64,000 bases of DNA from Fibrobacterales bacterium. Lineage in GTDB: Bacteria; Fibrobacterota; Fibrobacteria; Fibrobacterales; JAOPTW01. The position numbers were made by a program, and so were the translations under genes. The DNA is taken from contig JAOPTX010000057.1 of NCBI GenBank assembly GCA_051532055.1, positions 24,736 to 88,735 on the forward strand, written 5' to 3'. Every line of letters starts with the position of its first letter. Position 1 is the first letter of the stretch. Positions 48,040 through 58,575 of this stretch are shown piece by piece. The notes under the pieces are model-generated. The model was given only the letters and a program-made list of their open reading frames with translations, did not search any database and was not told where the DNA came from.

Positions 48040-48827
48040 AAGATTTAATGAGTATTGCCCTTGAAGCGTGTAAACGCGGACAGGAAGAAATTTTAAAAGT
48101 TCAAAATAATGACCTTTCTATAGAATGGAAAGAGGATGCTACTCCAGTTACTATAGCTGACCAAAATGCTGAAGAAGCGATGAGAGAGTTTTTTATAAAA
48201 GAGACTCCAGATTTTGGTATTATTGGGGAAGAGTTCGCAACTGCTAATTCCAATTCAGAATATAACTGGATTATTGACCCTATTGATGGGACAAAGTCTT
48301 TTATTGCCGGAGTGCCTCTCTATGGTACGCTTCTTGGGTTGTATAAAGGAAATGATCCCGTGCTTGGTATTATAAATCTTCCAGCGCTTGGACAATGCTT
48401 GTCTGCTCAAAATGGAAGTGGCCTTTTTCTCAATGGGTCATTGGTTAAACCTTCAACTCAAACTATTGCCCTTGATAAATCTATTGTTCTATCGGGTACT
48501 ATCAATACTATTGAGGAGATGGGTAAAAGTGATGCATTTAAGAAATTGCGAGAATCAGCTTGGCTCTATCGAGGCTGGGGTGATTGTTACGGTTATTTTC
48601 TTGTTGCTCTTGGGCGTGCTCAAGTTATGTACGACCCTGTTGTATCAGTTTGGGATATTGCCCCAATGGAAGTCTTGATGAAAGAAGGAGGCGGTAAGTT
48701 TTCTTTCTCTAATGGAAATTCTCTAGACTTGTTTAATGATGCAGGGAAAATCGCTTTCAAAAGTGATCAATTTGATGGTTTGGCGACAAATATGTTGAAT
48801 CATGATGAAATATTAAATTTTTTTTGA
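48036..48827 (+). CDS. hisN: Inositol monophosphatase family, probable histidinol-phosphatase
   Basis: PVTIAD, GEE, WIIDPIDGTKSF, RGWGDCYGY, WDIAP; ATGA-coupled to hisC. Confidence 0.85.
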   Translation: MKDLMSIALEACKRGQEEILKVQNNDLSIEWKEDATPVTIADQNAEEAMREFFIKETPDFGIIGEEFATANSNSEYNWIIDPIDGTKSFIAGVPLYGTLLGLYKGNDPVLGIINLPALGQCLSAQNGSGLFLNGSLVKPSTQTIALDKSIVLSGTINTIEEMGKSDAFKKLRESAWLYRGWGDCYGYFLVALGRAQVMYDPVVSVWDIAPMEVLMKEGGGKFSFSNGNSLDLFNDAGKIAFKSDQFDGLATNMLNHDEILNFF

Positions 48828-48910
48828 TAGAATAGATCTAAAGTAGACATACTATAATCTCCTTGTTGTTGATTCAATAGGTAGAGATTTTGTTTAATAT
48901 TTGAGGTCTT

Positions 48911-50047
48911 ATGAGTTTCGAGCGATCATTAAAAGGTCCCTACGCATGTTTTAAACTTGAAGGTGATTTCACCGCAGGTCAAATTGTAAAGCTTAAAAAT
49001 GCGTTAAATGACGACATACTTGATGGCAAAAAAGATATTGCTCTCGATGTACGTGATGTGAGTACTGTAGATGTGACGGGTATGCGATTTTTAGAAAATT
49101 TGCGTGAAGCACTCAAAAAACAATCTCACGAACTTGTGCTCTATGGAGCAAATCCTGATGTGGAAGATAAGGCCGAAGCTTCAAAAATTACTATCTATAC
49201 CTCTCAGGCGGACTTTGAACGTGGATTCCATGAAATGTCCGTTAAAAGTATCGAACATTATCTTGAATTATCTGGGGGGGATGGTCAGGTACGATCGCTC
49301 AATCTAGAATGTCCTCTGTGTGGCTATGAAAAAATAAAAGGCTTCATGCTCGATGAGTCGGTGCATGAACTCACCTGGGTCGATGGATCAATAACTCCTG
49401 AATGGCGCTTTTCCGGTAATAGTGAAAATGAAATTGATTACGATCTGTATTCAGTGGCAGTTTGTTCAAATTGTTTTTTTGCCAGTCATCGCGCTGACTG
49501 GTTTAATATGAGTGTACTCGAAGGTAAAGTTGAAAGTGTATTAACCCAGGATCAAAAAGATCGTATTGCAAATCATAATAATCAACGTAAAGAGATTGGC
49601 CTAGGAATACCGTCAATTAGAGACCCTATGTTTTTTGCTATGCCTCGCGAAAGGCAGGCAGCATATGCCGCCTGGAAGCTGAATGAAATTACGCTCCGAA
49701 CCGAAGGTAAAGAGAAAGGTGATCTCGATGGATTTGAAATTGCCGTATGTAATTTTATGATGTGTAAATTTGGTGATAAGCCAGAAGATGTTCCAACACA
49801 GCTCAATACTGCTATGGCGTGGTTACTGAGTATTCTAGAACACAAAAATCGTTATTCAACACTGCGCATTGTAAAAACCTATGTGTATTGTATTAGTGTT
49901 GAGTTGGGTATGGGGCGTCTTAAAAATGCAGAAGGGTATCTTCGGGATTTTGAGGAGCACTATCAAAATGATGATGAGTGTAAGATGTGGTTACTACGCG
50001 CTCGTGAGTTGATTCATGAAGAGAAAGAGGATTCTAATCGGTTGTAG
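48911..50047 (+). CDS. STAS domain fused to DUF2225-like Zn-binding/helical domain
   Basis: LEGDF...LDVRDVSTVDVTGMRFL (STAS); CPLC and VCSNCFFAS; helical C-terminus. Confidence 0.72.
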   Translation: MSFERSLKGPYACFKLEGDFTAGQIVKLKNALNDDILDGKKDIALDVRDVSTVDVTGMRFLENLREALKKQSHELVLYGANPDVEDKAEASKITIYTSQADFERGFHEMSVKSIEHYLELSGGDGQVRSLNLECPLCGYEKIKGFMLDESVHELTWVDGSITPEWRFSGNSENEIDYDLYSVAVCSNCFFASHRADWFNMSVLEGKVESVLTQDQKDRIANHNNQRKEIGLGIPSIRDPMFFAMPRERQAAYAAWKLNEITLRTEGKEKGDLDGFEIAVCNFMMCKFGDKPEDVPTQLNTAMAWLLSILEHKNRYSTLRIVKTYVYCISVELGMGRLKNAEGYLRDFEEHYQNDDECKMWLLRARELIHEEKEDSNRL

Positions 50048-50079
50048 ATTGTGTGAGTCAGTTAGAGAGATAGTTTTAT

Positions 50080-50117
50080 GCCCCTTGGTTGTGTGTTGCG
50101 CATCAGGGGGCTTTTTT
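50080..50117 (+). terminator. Rho-independent terminator
   Basis: GCCCCTTGGT.../...ATCAGGGGGC stem plus T6. Confidence 0.65.
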
Positions 50118-50161
50118 GTTGGTTGTCATCTTTATGCAGGTTGAGTAAATAAAATAAAGTC

Positions 50162-52522
50162 CTAACGCACAAGCGGCTCCTCAACAAAAGCCTCAAGCTC
50201 ATATCCAGACCCCGTCAAATAAATATCCAACGCCCCCTGATACCGCGTCGCATACCAAGGGATACCCAGCTTATCAAACCGTTCTCGAATATCTCTACTC
50301 GGATGTTTAAAGCGTTTATTGGTACCAGCAGATATCACTGTCAGCTCTGGCTTAACTTGTCGTAAAAACCCAAGAGTAGAACTCGTATTAGAACCATGGT
50401 GTGCCGCTTTAAGAATATCAATATCAGGAAGAGCAAAGTAGTTTAAAAGGTGCTTTTCTACAGGTTTTTCTATGTCACCGGTTAACAAGATAGATTGCTG
50501 ACCCTGCCTCATAAGCATCACAAGAGAGTTGTTATTTTCGTTCTCGTAGGTAGTATCAAGGGGAGCAAGGACATCAATCGTCAGCATACCAAATCCACTC
50601 AGGTTATCACCGCCACTCAAAGAGTGTATTGGAACATCGCTCTCAGTTAAATACTGTACCGTCTTTTCCCAATTGTCATCATGATTGTCAGAGGGCGGCG
50701 TTGTATAGACTGCACCAATAGTAACGCTTTTGGCCAGGAGGGTAAGGTTGCCATAATGATCTCTATGCTTATGGGTAATGAGCACCGCATCAAGGTGGTC
50801 AATGCCGTGATACTTTAAAAAGGGGATGAGTCGATACTGGCCAATACTTTTAGAATCATACCCTGTATCGATGAGCATGGTTTTGCCATTACTACTTTCA
50901 ATAAACATAGATTCACCATTACCCACTGCTACGAGAGTTATGTGCGTTGGTTGAGTGATTGTTATATAGAGTTCACTACCACCCCAGAAAATAATTCCGA
51001 GAGAAAAAACAAGTATGGATAACGACTGCACTCTATGGTTTTTAAAAAAATGGGGGAGGGATAAAATAAGAATACTGTAAATGCCATACGCTATTGGTTG
51101 AAATGGAGCGATGTAAATAGGCGCACCTACAAAACTGTGAAAGAGTGCGATGGCCTCTGTAGATGCTAAGGCAAAGAGATTGGTTGACTCTGCAAAAATG
51201 AGCCCAAGGTCATGGGAGAGGGGAGATATGATCAATGATACGAGTGATGATAGCAATGTGAGGGAAATAAGAGGAACGGCAAAGAGATTCCCGATAAATG
51301 ATGCTGGAGCAAAGGTGTTAAAAGTGTGAATGAGAATAGGCGCAGTTCCCGCTGTTGCAAATAAGGTAATTGCTAAGGGAGAATAAATGTATTGTGTCAG
51401 TAGTGACTTTGGGAAGAGGGAACTAATACGGTGAGAAAAGTAGAGTATGGCAAAGGTGGCGCCAGCCGAGAGTTGAAAACCAATATCAGCAATTTGCATA
51501 GGCTCAACACAGAGTATAAGGGCAATGGCAAGGCCGAGTGCATTCATACTAAAGGGACGACGCTCAAAGAGCCATGCAAGCGCAAGGATCGTATACATTG
51601 TGGTTGCCCTAACTACAGAAGGTGGAAGATTCACAATAAGTGCAAAGGTCCAGAGTAAAAGAATGGTCAATACAATAACCCCTTTCTGAGGAATACGTAT
51701 CAGGGTAAATAGGGTTTGAATGATTAGTGCAATGAGCGCAATATGGAGCCCAGATATTGCAAGAAGATGGTAGAGACCGGTTTCTCTAAATTGTGTTGCA
51801 CTCTCTTGAGGGAGTTCTTTTTTATTGCCCAGTACTAGTGCTTTAATAAGGGGGGCTGTGTGGCCATCAAAAAGAGTAGATATGTGCTCAGAGAGAGCGA
51901 CACGCATTTTATAGAAGTATCCTCTTAGAGAATGATTTGATGAGTGAATGAGCGTCTCGACATCGGCGCTATAAATAGCCTTAAATCCTTTTGTTTTAAG
52001 GAAAGAGTCATAGTCAAATTGACCAGGGTTGAGTACTGGGGAAGGCTCTTGAAGTGATCCTTGGGCTGAGAGTGAGTCGCCTACAACGAGGGATTGTATT
52101 GTTGCTAAATCGTACGTTGAATCATGACTGGGTATGTTGAGCTTAATAAGCCCTAATGGTGTCGAGAGATCTATTGTGGTCTGTCTTGGTTTTGAAATAA
52201 TATTTTGTATGGAGCCTGAAAGTGTGACCGATGAAGGAAGTGGAGTGTCTTTTTGTAAGTTAATAACACTCCATTGGAGGGAGGCGATTGCTATACCGAC
52301 TACCAGAAAAAACTTTGACTTTATAGGTACGGTGAATAAGAGAGGAAGAATAACAGCAACAAAGAGACCGACGCTTAACACAACTGAGTGAAATGAAAAG
52401 CCAACACTCAGAAACGCGAGGGCAAGTAAAATCCCATAGTGATACTGAGTATGGCGGGCACAATACTGGTATAATTCTTTAAGTGAACTGAGAAGTGTTT
52501 TGAATAGTGATTGGTAGATCAT
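50162..52522 (-). CDS. comEC: DNA uptake competence protein ComEC/Rec2
   Basis: NPGQFDY, HLLAISGLH, PSVVRA, GFQLS, THKHRDHYG, LTGD, HHGS, HP. Confidence 0.95.
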   Translation of the reverse strand: MIYQSLFKTLLSSLKELYQYCARHTQYHYGILLALAFLSVGFSFHSVVLSVGLFVAVILPLLFTVPIKSKFFLVVGIAIASLQWSVINLQKDTPLPSSVTLSGSIQNIISKPRQTTIDLSTPLGLIKLNIPSHDSTYDLATIQSLVVGDSLSAQGSLQEPSPVLNPGQFDYDSFLKTKGFKAIYSADVETLIHSSNHSLRGYFYKMRVALSEHISTLFDGHTAPLIKALVLGNKKELPQESATQFRETGLYHLLAISGLHIALIALIIQTLFTLIRIPQKGVIVLTILLLWTFALIVNLPPSVVRATTMYTILALAWLFERRPFSMNALGLAIALILCVEPMQIADIGFQLSAGATFAILYFSHRISSLFPKSLLTQYIYSPLAITLFATAGTAPILIHTFNTFAPASFIGNLFAVPLISLTLLSSLVSLIISPLSHDLGLIFAESTNLFALASTEAIALFHSFVGAPIYIAPFQPIAYGIYSILILSLPHFFKNHRVQSLSILVFSLGIIFWGGSELYITITQPTHITLVAVGNGESMFIESSNGKTMLIDTGYDSKSIGQYRLIPFLKYHGIDHLDAVLITHKHRDHYGNLTLLAKSVTIGAVYTTPPSDNHDDNWEKTVQYLTESDVPIHSLSGGDNLSGFGMLTIDVLAPLDTTYENENNNSLVMLMRQGQQSILLTGDIEKPVEKHLLNYFALPDIDILKAAHHGSNTSSTLGFLRQVKPELTVISAGTNKRFKHPSRDIRERFDKLGIPWYATRYQGALDIYLTGSGYELEAFVEEPLVR

Positions 52523-52524
52523 CC

Positions 52525-54603
52525 CTAACCATATTTAAGGCGTATCTCTTCGATAGCTTCAGGATTACCAATGATAGTTAAGCGATCCTTCTCTTTAAAG
52601 GTGATATTACCCCGTGGGACTATAACCTTACCTTTACGATTGAGAAGAGCAACGAGACTGTTTTCAGGAAAGTTCACCTTTAAGAGCTTTTCATTGATGA
52701 GAATACCTGTTTTAGAATTGGGCCGTACGGTAAGTGAAATTGAGCGTTCATCTCTCAAAAGCACTTCTTTAAGCTGTTGCTCTGTTTTGGCACGCATCCA
52801 TTTTTTCTGAAAATAGTCATCATCAACGTGGCCTGCTATCTGTGCAAGTATTCTGAGATGTTGCGTTGGTTGGTCGAGTGGGCTGACCAAAAAAATAAGT
52901 GCAAAGACGGTTTTATTTTGTGAAGAGGTTGTATCTAAAGTAATGTTAATCCCTTCTTTAGCTCTAACGAGGACCATCTCAGCGTGTTCGAGACCTTCTG
53001 ACCTCAAGTGGGGAAGGGCTACGCCATGAGTCACGGGGGTGGCCCCAATGCGAGTACCATCAAGGAGATGTGTTGCGATCTCTTCATCTGTTTCGGGGAC
53101 AAAGGAAGATAATATTGGTGCAACTCGTGCAACAACCTTTTCAAAGTCTTCTTGACCATCAATATCAATAACAGTACTACGGGCAATGATCTCATCAAAG
53201 GGGTCTTGCGCACGTAAGCCTTTTTCTTTCATAATGCCACGAAGTTCTTGGTCAAGTGCTTCATGCCGATTTTGGCCGAGCTTTTCAAATACGTGAAAAA
53301 TTGCACCAGTGCGATCCACTCTTTTGTGGGCATAATAAAAATACCACATTACGCACACAAAAAGAAGCCCGAATGAAAATGTTGTAGGGAGCCAACCCAT
53401 CTCGGTTATGAGCCAGAGGGGTAAAATGATTCCTACTACCTGTATCCATGGATAGAATGGAGATTTGAATCCAGGGTCATAAGACTCTATGCCGCTTTCA
53501 CGCATTACTATTACGGTAAGGCATACAAGTGCAAACATGAGAAGTTGAAATGCTGATGCGAGTTTTGCAATCTTGAGGGGGTCAAGAAAGAGTATTGATG
53601 CAATGATAAGTGAAACGGTGAGAATAATAGAAAAAATGGGGTTCTTATTTTTACTCAGTTCACTAAATATTGGAGGCATGATTTTATCTTTACTCATGGC
53701 CATGGGGTAACGTGAGGCACTCATAGTCCCTGCATTGGCTACGGAGATAAATGCAAATATTGCGGCTGCAGCAAGAAAGAGCGAACCCATTTCGCCAAAA
53801 ATAACATATGCAGCATCAGATGCAGGAGTCATAGTTTGAGTAAGGCTTTCCATGTCGAGAACACCGATCATGATAGTTGTACCGAGTACATAAATAGACA
53901 TGGTCGTTGCAAATGAGAGAAAAATGCCTTTAGGTAAATTCTTCTCCGGATTTTCCACCTCTTCAGACAGGCTCGCTACTTTAGTAACCCCTACATAACT
54001 GATGTAGACCATACCAGCAGTTGCCATAATGCTATCAAACCCTTTTCCAAAAAAATTCTCAAAGTGTACCGGTTCAATTTGGGGTGTGCCTCCACCAATA
54101 AATACTACGAGAATTGAAAGAAGGGCAATAACTAAATAGCTTTGGAGTTTGCCACCACCTTTGGCACTAAAGAGATTGAGGACTCCGAGGCCAAATGCGA
54201 CTGAGACCGCAATAAGTGTTATGCTCCCTGAAAGACTCGGGGCAAATATGGCTAGGTAGTACCCCATTCCCACTAGTGCGAATGAGACTTTTAATATCAT
54301 AGCAAACCATGTTCCGAGACCACCAATTGTTCCAAAAAGGGGACCAAGAGATCGATCGAGAAAGTAGTAGACACCACCGGCTTTGGGCATTGCAGTACAT
54401 AGCTCTACAATACTGAGCATGGCTGGGATTAAGGGGAGGGCCGCTATTATATAGGCAAGAACCATAGCGGGCCCTGCAGTTTGAGCAGCAAGACCGGGTA
54501 AAAGAAAGAAACCTGCACTCAGTGTAGTACCAGTACCGATTGCGTAGACGTGAAAAAGTCCGAAGGACTTCTTTAATTTGTTGTTTGAGTCGCTCTTAGT
54601 CAT
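52525..54603 (-). CDS. APC amino-acid permease fused to PTS EIIA(Ntr/Fru)-like and TrkA-C domains; ORF open from 54621
   Basis: AGFFLLPG, MPKAGGVY, EEVENPEKNLP, SRYPMAMSKD; GVALPHLR, HLRILAQIA; RKGKVIVPRG..DRLTIIG. Confidence 0.88.
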   Translation of the reverse strand: MTKSDSNNKLKKSFGLFHVYAIGTGTTLSAGFFLLPGLAAQTAGPAMVLAYIIAALPLIPAMLSIVELCTAMPKAGGVYYFLDRSLGPLFGTIGGLGTWFAMILKVSFALVGMGYYLAIFAPSLSGSITLIAVSVAFGLGVLNLFSAKGGGKLQSYLVIALLSILVVFIGGGTPQIEPVHFENFFGKGFDSIMATAGMVYISYVGVTKVASLSEEVENPEKNLPKGIFLSFATTMSIYVLGTTIMIGVLDMESLTQTMTPASDAAYVIFGEMGSLFLAAAAIFAFISVANAGTMSASRYPMAMSKDKIMPPIFSELSKNKNPIFSIILTVSLIIASILFLDPLKIAKLASAFQLLMFALVCLTVIVMRESGIESYDPGFKSPFYPWIQVVGIILPLWLITEMGWLPTTFSFGLLFVCVMWYFYYAHKRVDRTGAIFHVFEKLGQNRHEALDQELRGIMKEKGLRAQDPFDEIIARSTVIDIDGQEDFEKVVARVAPILSSFVPETDEEIATHLLDGTRIGATPVTHGVALPHLRSEGLEHAEMVLVRAKEGINITLDTTSSQNKTVFALIFLVSPLDQPTQHLRILAQIAGHVDDDYFQKKWMRAKTEQQLKEVLLRDERSISLTVRPNSKTGILINEKLLKVNFPENSLVALLNRKGKVIVPRGNITFKEKDRLTIIGNPEAIEEIRLKYG

Positions 54604-54681
54604 AGATAAGAATGTACTCAATTTTTAAAAATTTGTGGGTGGAATCCATCAGGGGCGGTGATTTTACATGTTTGAAAACAC

Positions 54682-54715
54682 AAAAAAAGCGGTTGGAGAA
54701 TCTCCAACCGCTTTT
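54682..54715 (-). terminator. Rho-independent terminator of fbaA
   Basis: AAAAGCGGTTGGAG/CTCCAACCGCTTTT stem with U tract on the minus strand. Confidence 0.85.
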
Positions 54716-54738
54716 AAAGAACTTATGTAAGGATAATC

Positions 54739-55770
54739 TTACATTCTACCGAGAGATGTTCCAACGGCATTAAGATCTGCAGCAGCATCTTCAAGACGTT
54801 TAGCCATAGAGATTTCAGCTTTTTTAAGATATGAACGTGGATCGTATACTTTTTTGTTTCCAACTTCACCTTCAACTTTAATAACTTGATCGTAGTTTTT
54901 GAAAAACTGATCAACGATAGGGCGAGTAAAAGCGTACTGAGTATCAGTATCGATGTTCATTTTAATAGTACCAGATTGGAGAGTTTCTCTGATGTCAGAA
55001 AGCTCTGATCCAGAACCACCGTGGAAAACGAGGAAACATTTTGTGTCAGCGCCAAATTCAGCTTTAAGAGCTTTTTGACCTTCAGCAAGAATTTCTGGAC
55101 GTAATTTTACGTTACCTGGTTTGTATACACCGTGTACGTTACCAAAAGTAGCAGCAAGCATGTATGTTCCAAGAGGAGCAAGTGCTTTATGTGTTTGAAC
55201 CATATCTTCTGGACTTGTGTAAAGTTTGTCTGCAGCAACATCAGATGTATCGTGTCCATCTTCTTCACCACCAACAACACCAATCTCTACTTCGAGGATG
55301 ATGCCGATTTTAGCACAACGCTCAAGAAGTTTTGCAGATGTAACGAGGTTTTCTTCAAGAGTAACAGTAGAACCATCATACATGTGTGAGTTGAAAAGAG
55401 GAGGTTGGCCAGCAGCAACACGTTTTTCAGATTCTTCAATAAGTGGAATCATCCATGATTGAAGTTTGTCGTCATGACAGTGGTCAGTGTGAAGAGCGAT
55501 GTTTACATCGTACTCAGCAGCAAGAAAGCGTGCATAGTCAGCAAGTGCAATTGCACCTAAAACCATATCGTTGCCAGTACCTTGTCCACCACCAAAAGCA
55601 GCTCCACCAGAAGAAACCTGAATGATTCCATCACAGTTTGCATTTTTGAAAGCAAGAAGTGCTGAGTTAACACCTTCAGAACTTACAACATTAACTGCAG
55701 GGTATGCAAAGTTGTTGTCGTATGCATTTTCGAGCATTTTTACGTACCCGTTATAATCTACTACTGCCAT
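54739..55770 (-). CDS. fbaA: Class II fructose-bisphosphate aldolase; ORF open from 55839
   Basis: LHTDHC, SHMYDGS, EIGVVGGEEDG, FGNVHGVYKPG, FHGGSGS, KMNIDTD, YDPR. Confidence 0.96.
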   Translation of the reverse strand: MAVVDYNGYVKMLENAYDNNFAYPAVNVVSSEGVNSALLAFKNANCDGIIQVSSGGAAFGGGQGTGNDMVLGAIALADYARFLAAEYDVNIALHTDHCHDDKLQSWMIPLIEESEKRVAAGQPPLFNSHMYDGSTVTLEENLVTSAKLLERCAKIGIILEVEIGVVGGEEDGHDTSDVAADKLYTSPEDMVQTHKALAPLGTYMLAATFGNVHGVYKPGNVKLRPEILAEGQKALKAEFGADTKCFLVFHGGSGSELSDIRETLQSGTIKMNIDTDTQYAFTRPIVDQFFKNYDQVIKVEGEVGNKKVYDPRSYLKKAEISMAKRLEDAAADLNAVGTSLGRM

Positions 55771-55943
55771 ATTTAATCCTTTGTAATCGTGATTTTTTAT
55801 GGGCCAAAAGTTAGTAAAAATACAGGTGAATGCAACCATTATTACAGCATAGTTTTGGCGTTTTTAGCTCTTAAACACGTTATAATGTAACGTTTGCCCT
55901 ATGAGTAAGTTTTTTGGACTAAAAAATGACTTTTGGGTCACTA

Positions 55944-56717
55944 TTAAGAAAAAATGTAGAGTCCAGCAAGGCCAACAATCCACACATAGGGTGCAAAGTA
56001 GAAGAATTTACCGGTACGGACAAAACTCAAGAGCCATTTGAGAGCAATAACACCAGTAACAAAGGATGCAACTACTCCAAGGACTTCAGGAAGACCAATG
56101 TGGGCACTGAGCGTGGGGTCTGACATGACATCTTTACCTTTTAAGAGTACCGCGCCTAATATCGCAGGAATCGAGATAAGGAAGGAAAACTCCCCCGCCT
56201 CTTTTCGCTTTATGCCCAAGAGCATCGAGATAGCAATTGTGGAGCCAGAACGTGAAATACCAGGAATTATGGCAAAGCCCTGAACGAGGCCGATGAGGAG
56301 CGCTGTTTTAATAGTAAAATCTTTTTCACCATCAGATCGAAATTTTGTAATAAAGAGGAGAGTGCCTGTAAGGAGGAGGGTTCCTGAGACCAAAAGTGGT
56401 TTGTCGAAGAGCCCTTCAAGTGGGTCTTTAAAGAGAATTCCTATAAGCCCTGTGGGAATACAGGCAACAATAATAAGAACACATTTTTTTACTGATTCGG
56501 GGTCACCAGTAAAGAGTCCTTTGATGAGTGATATTATTTGTTCTCTAAACACAAGAATCGTGGCAAGAAGTGTACCAAAATGAAGCATTAAATCAAAAAA
56601 CATGCCATCTTCAATTTTGCCCAGTAATGCACTAAGAATTACCAAATGTCCACTACTACTCACGGGTAAAAACTCTGTTAATCCTTGAATTACACCGAGA
56701 ATAATTGATTCGAACAT
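55944..56717 (-). CDS. uppP: Undecaprenyl-diphosphatase (BacA)
   Basis: QGLTEFLPVSSSGH, PGISRSGST, FSFLISIP. Confidence 0.96.
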   Translation of the reverse strand: MFESIILGVIQGLTEFLPVSSSGHLVILSALLGKIEDGMFFDLMLHFGTLLATILVFREQIISLIKGLFTGDPESVKKCVLIIVACIPTGLIGILFKDPLEGLFDKPLLVSGTLLLTGTLLFITKFRSDGEKDFTIKTALLIGLVQGFAIIPGISRSGSTIAISMLLGIKRKEAGEFSFLISIPAILGAVLLKGKDVMSDPTLSAHIGLPEVLGVVASFVTGVIALKWLLSFVRTGKFFYFAPYVWIVGLAGLYIFS

Positions 56718-56844
56718 AAGATCTGCCTTAAATGAAAAATATGTGCGTTAAAATTTAAGATATTTAAACAGAATACCGATAGATAAAATAACGGATTGAG
56801 TTAATTTCAAAGGAATGAGTAGTATAACCAAGTCAGAGGTAATA

Positions 56845-57066
56845 ATGACTGATACTATTCTACAATTTGCTGTAACAATTGCAGTTGTAATTGTTGCAAA
56901 CTATTTTTTATTAAAGAGCTTTCGGGCGGATAGAGAAGTGGTCGAAGCACCGATTCTCGCCAAAGAGGACGCCCAAGTAAGGAACTTTTTAGAGCGTGAT
57001 TATATTGTAAAAATAAAAAAGAAATACACTCACCCCAAAATAGGTGAAGAGTACCGCTATCAGTAA
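56845..57066 (+). CDS. Small single-TM hypothetical protein; ORF open from 56815
   Basis: GAGGT RBS before MTDTILQFAVTIAVVIVANYFLLK. Confidence 0.55.
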   Translation: MTDTILQFAVTIAVVIVANYFLLKSFRADREVVEAPILAKEDAQVRNFLERDYIVKIKKKYTHPKIGEEYRYQ

Positions 57067-57100
57067 ATGATATCTGTGCTCTGAACATAAAGGAGCAGGT

Positions 57101-57277
57101 ATGTTGTTACGAATATTCGAGCTGATTGCAGTCCTTGTTGGGGTTTTCTTTTTTAATAGATTGATAAAAAAAAGTATTGAAAAAGATGTGGATGAAAATC
57201 CGGCTTCAACAGTGAACAAAATGTATCGTAAATATGAAGTTGAAAGTGATGGTATTGAAGAGGATGCTATCCGGTAA
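57101..57277 (+). CDS. 58-aa single-TM hypothetical protein (not in ORF track)
   Basis: AAGGAG RBS; MLLRIFELIAVLVGVFFFNRLIKKSIEKDVDENPASTVNKMYRKYEVESDGIEEDAIR. Confidence 0.6.
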   Translation: MLLRIFELIAVLVGVFFFNRLIKKSIEKDVDENPASTVNKMYRKYEVESDGIEEDAIR

Positions 57278-57380
57278 ATGCTAGCCAGTTGATCTATCTA
57301 AACCTATAAGTCATTCATTGATTGGGCAATCATCAATCAAATTCTATTATTAGTAATCTACACATTTTTCTTGGTCTATC

Positions 57381-58496
57381 GTGCGCGGTCTTTATATTCA
57401 TGTACCATTTTGCCCTGTAGTCTGCTCCTACTGTGATTTTGCAGTAATGAAGGCTCCAGAACGTCTCCACAAGCGTTGGTTTGATTCTATAACCAAAGAA
57501 ATCAAAGTACGATCACAAAATAACACTCATTTTGATACGATTTATTTAGGGGGGGGCACTCCCTCTGTTCTCTCAGTAGGTACTCTCACCGCTCTTTTTG
57601 ACATGCTCCATACTGTTCTTGATGTTAAAAATATACAAGAGCTTTCTATGGAGGTAAATCCTGAAAATGTAACAGAACCGTATATAGAGGCCCTAAAACA
57701 ACTTGGAGTCACTCGAATTTCCATTGGGGTTCAATCGTTTAATGACACATTGTTAAAGAGGCTAGGGCGCCCACACTCAGTTGATAAGGCAGTAGAAGCT
57801 TTGAGAATAATAGAAAGAAGTGGCTTGAGCTTTAGTCTCGACCTTATGTTTGGTTTACCCAACCAGACCGTTGAAGATTTTGTGGAAAGCCTCACAAAGG
57901 CCCTTACTTTTAAGCCGGATCATATCTCCTTTTATGGCCTAACTGTTGAACCCCATACGCGATTTGATCAGGAGCTTAAAAAGGGGAAACTACATATTCC
58001 GGAAGACGACTACAATGAAATGTATCAAAAGGGAGTCGCTCTGTTAGAAGCTTCAGGCATTGAAAGATATGAGGTTTCAAATTTTTCAAAAAAGGGTTTT
58101 GAAGCGCTTCACAATAGACTCTATTGGAAGCATGAGGAGTATCTCGGTGTTGGACCGGGGGCACACTCATTTCTTGCGGGGACAAGGAGTTTTGGGCCGA
58201 GAAAATTTAGAAATTGGGAAAAATGGATAGAGAAGGGTGTAGAGTTATCTGAGATGGAGAACGAAGAAATAAAAGGTGATACGCTCTATAATGAGTCACT
58301 CTGGTTAGGGCTCCGACAGAGAAGTGGTATAGATAGTTCACGCATAAATCATTCAAATCAGAAAGAATTATTGCAAAAATGGGTCAATAAGGGATGTCTT
58401 ATTGAAGAAAGCGGTCGTGTTGTATTAAAAGGTGAGGGTTGGGTTTACCTTGATGAAATTACCGCTGATTTAATGCGTTCTACCGTTGATGAGTAG
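57381..58496 (+). CDS. hemW: Radical SAM heme chaperone (HemN-like)
   Basis: LYIHVPFC.VVC.YCDF, YLGGGTPS, EVNP, DLMFGLP, YEVSNF, HN..YW, GPGAHS. Confidence 0.92.
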   Translation: MRGLYIHVPFCPVVCSYCDFAVMKAPERLHKRWFDSITKEIKVRSQNNTHFDTIYLGGGTPSVLSVGTLTALFDMLHTVLDVKNIQELSMEVNPENVTEPYIEALKQLGVTRISIGVQSFNDTLLKRLGRPHSVDKAVEALRIIERSGLSFSLDLMFGLPNQTVEDFVESLTKALTFKPDHISFYGLTVEPHTRFDQELKKGKLHIPEDDYNEMYQKGVALLEASGIERYEVSNFSKKGFEALHNRLYWKHEEYLGVGPGAHSFLAGTRSFGPRKFRNWEKWIEKGVELSEMENEEIKGDTLYNESLWLGLRQRSGIDSSRINHSNQKELLQKWVNKGCLIEESGRVVLKGEGWVYLDEITADLMRSTVDE

Positions 58497-58575
58497 AAAA
58501 TTTATTTTAGGGCAAGAAAAAAGACTCCCCTTGCTTAAAAGAGAAGCCAAAAGATATCACAATTAATTATTAAGC

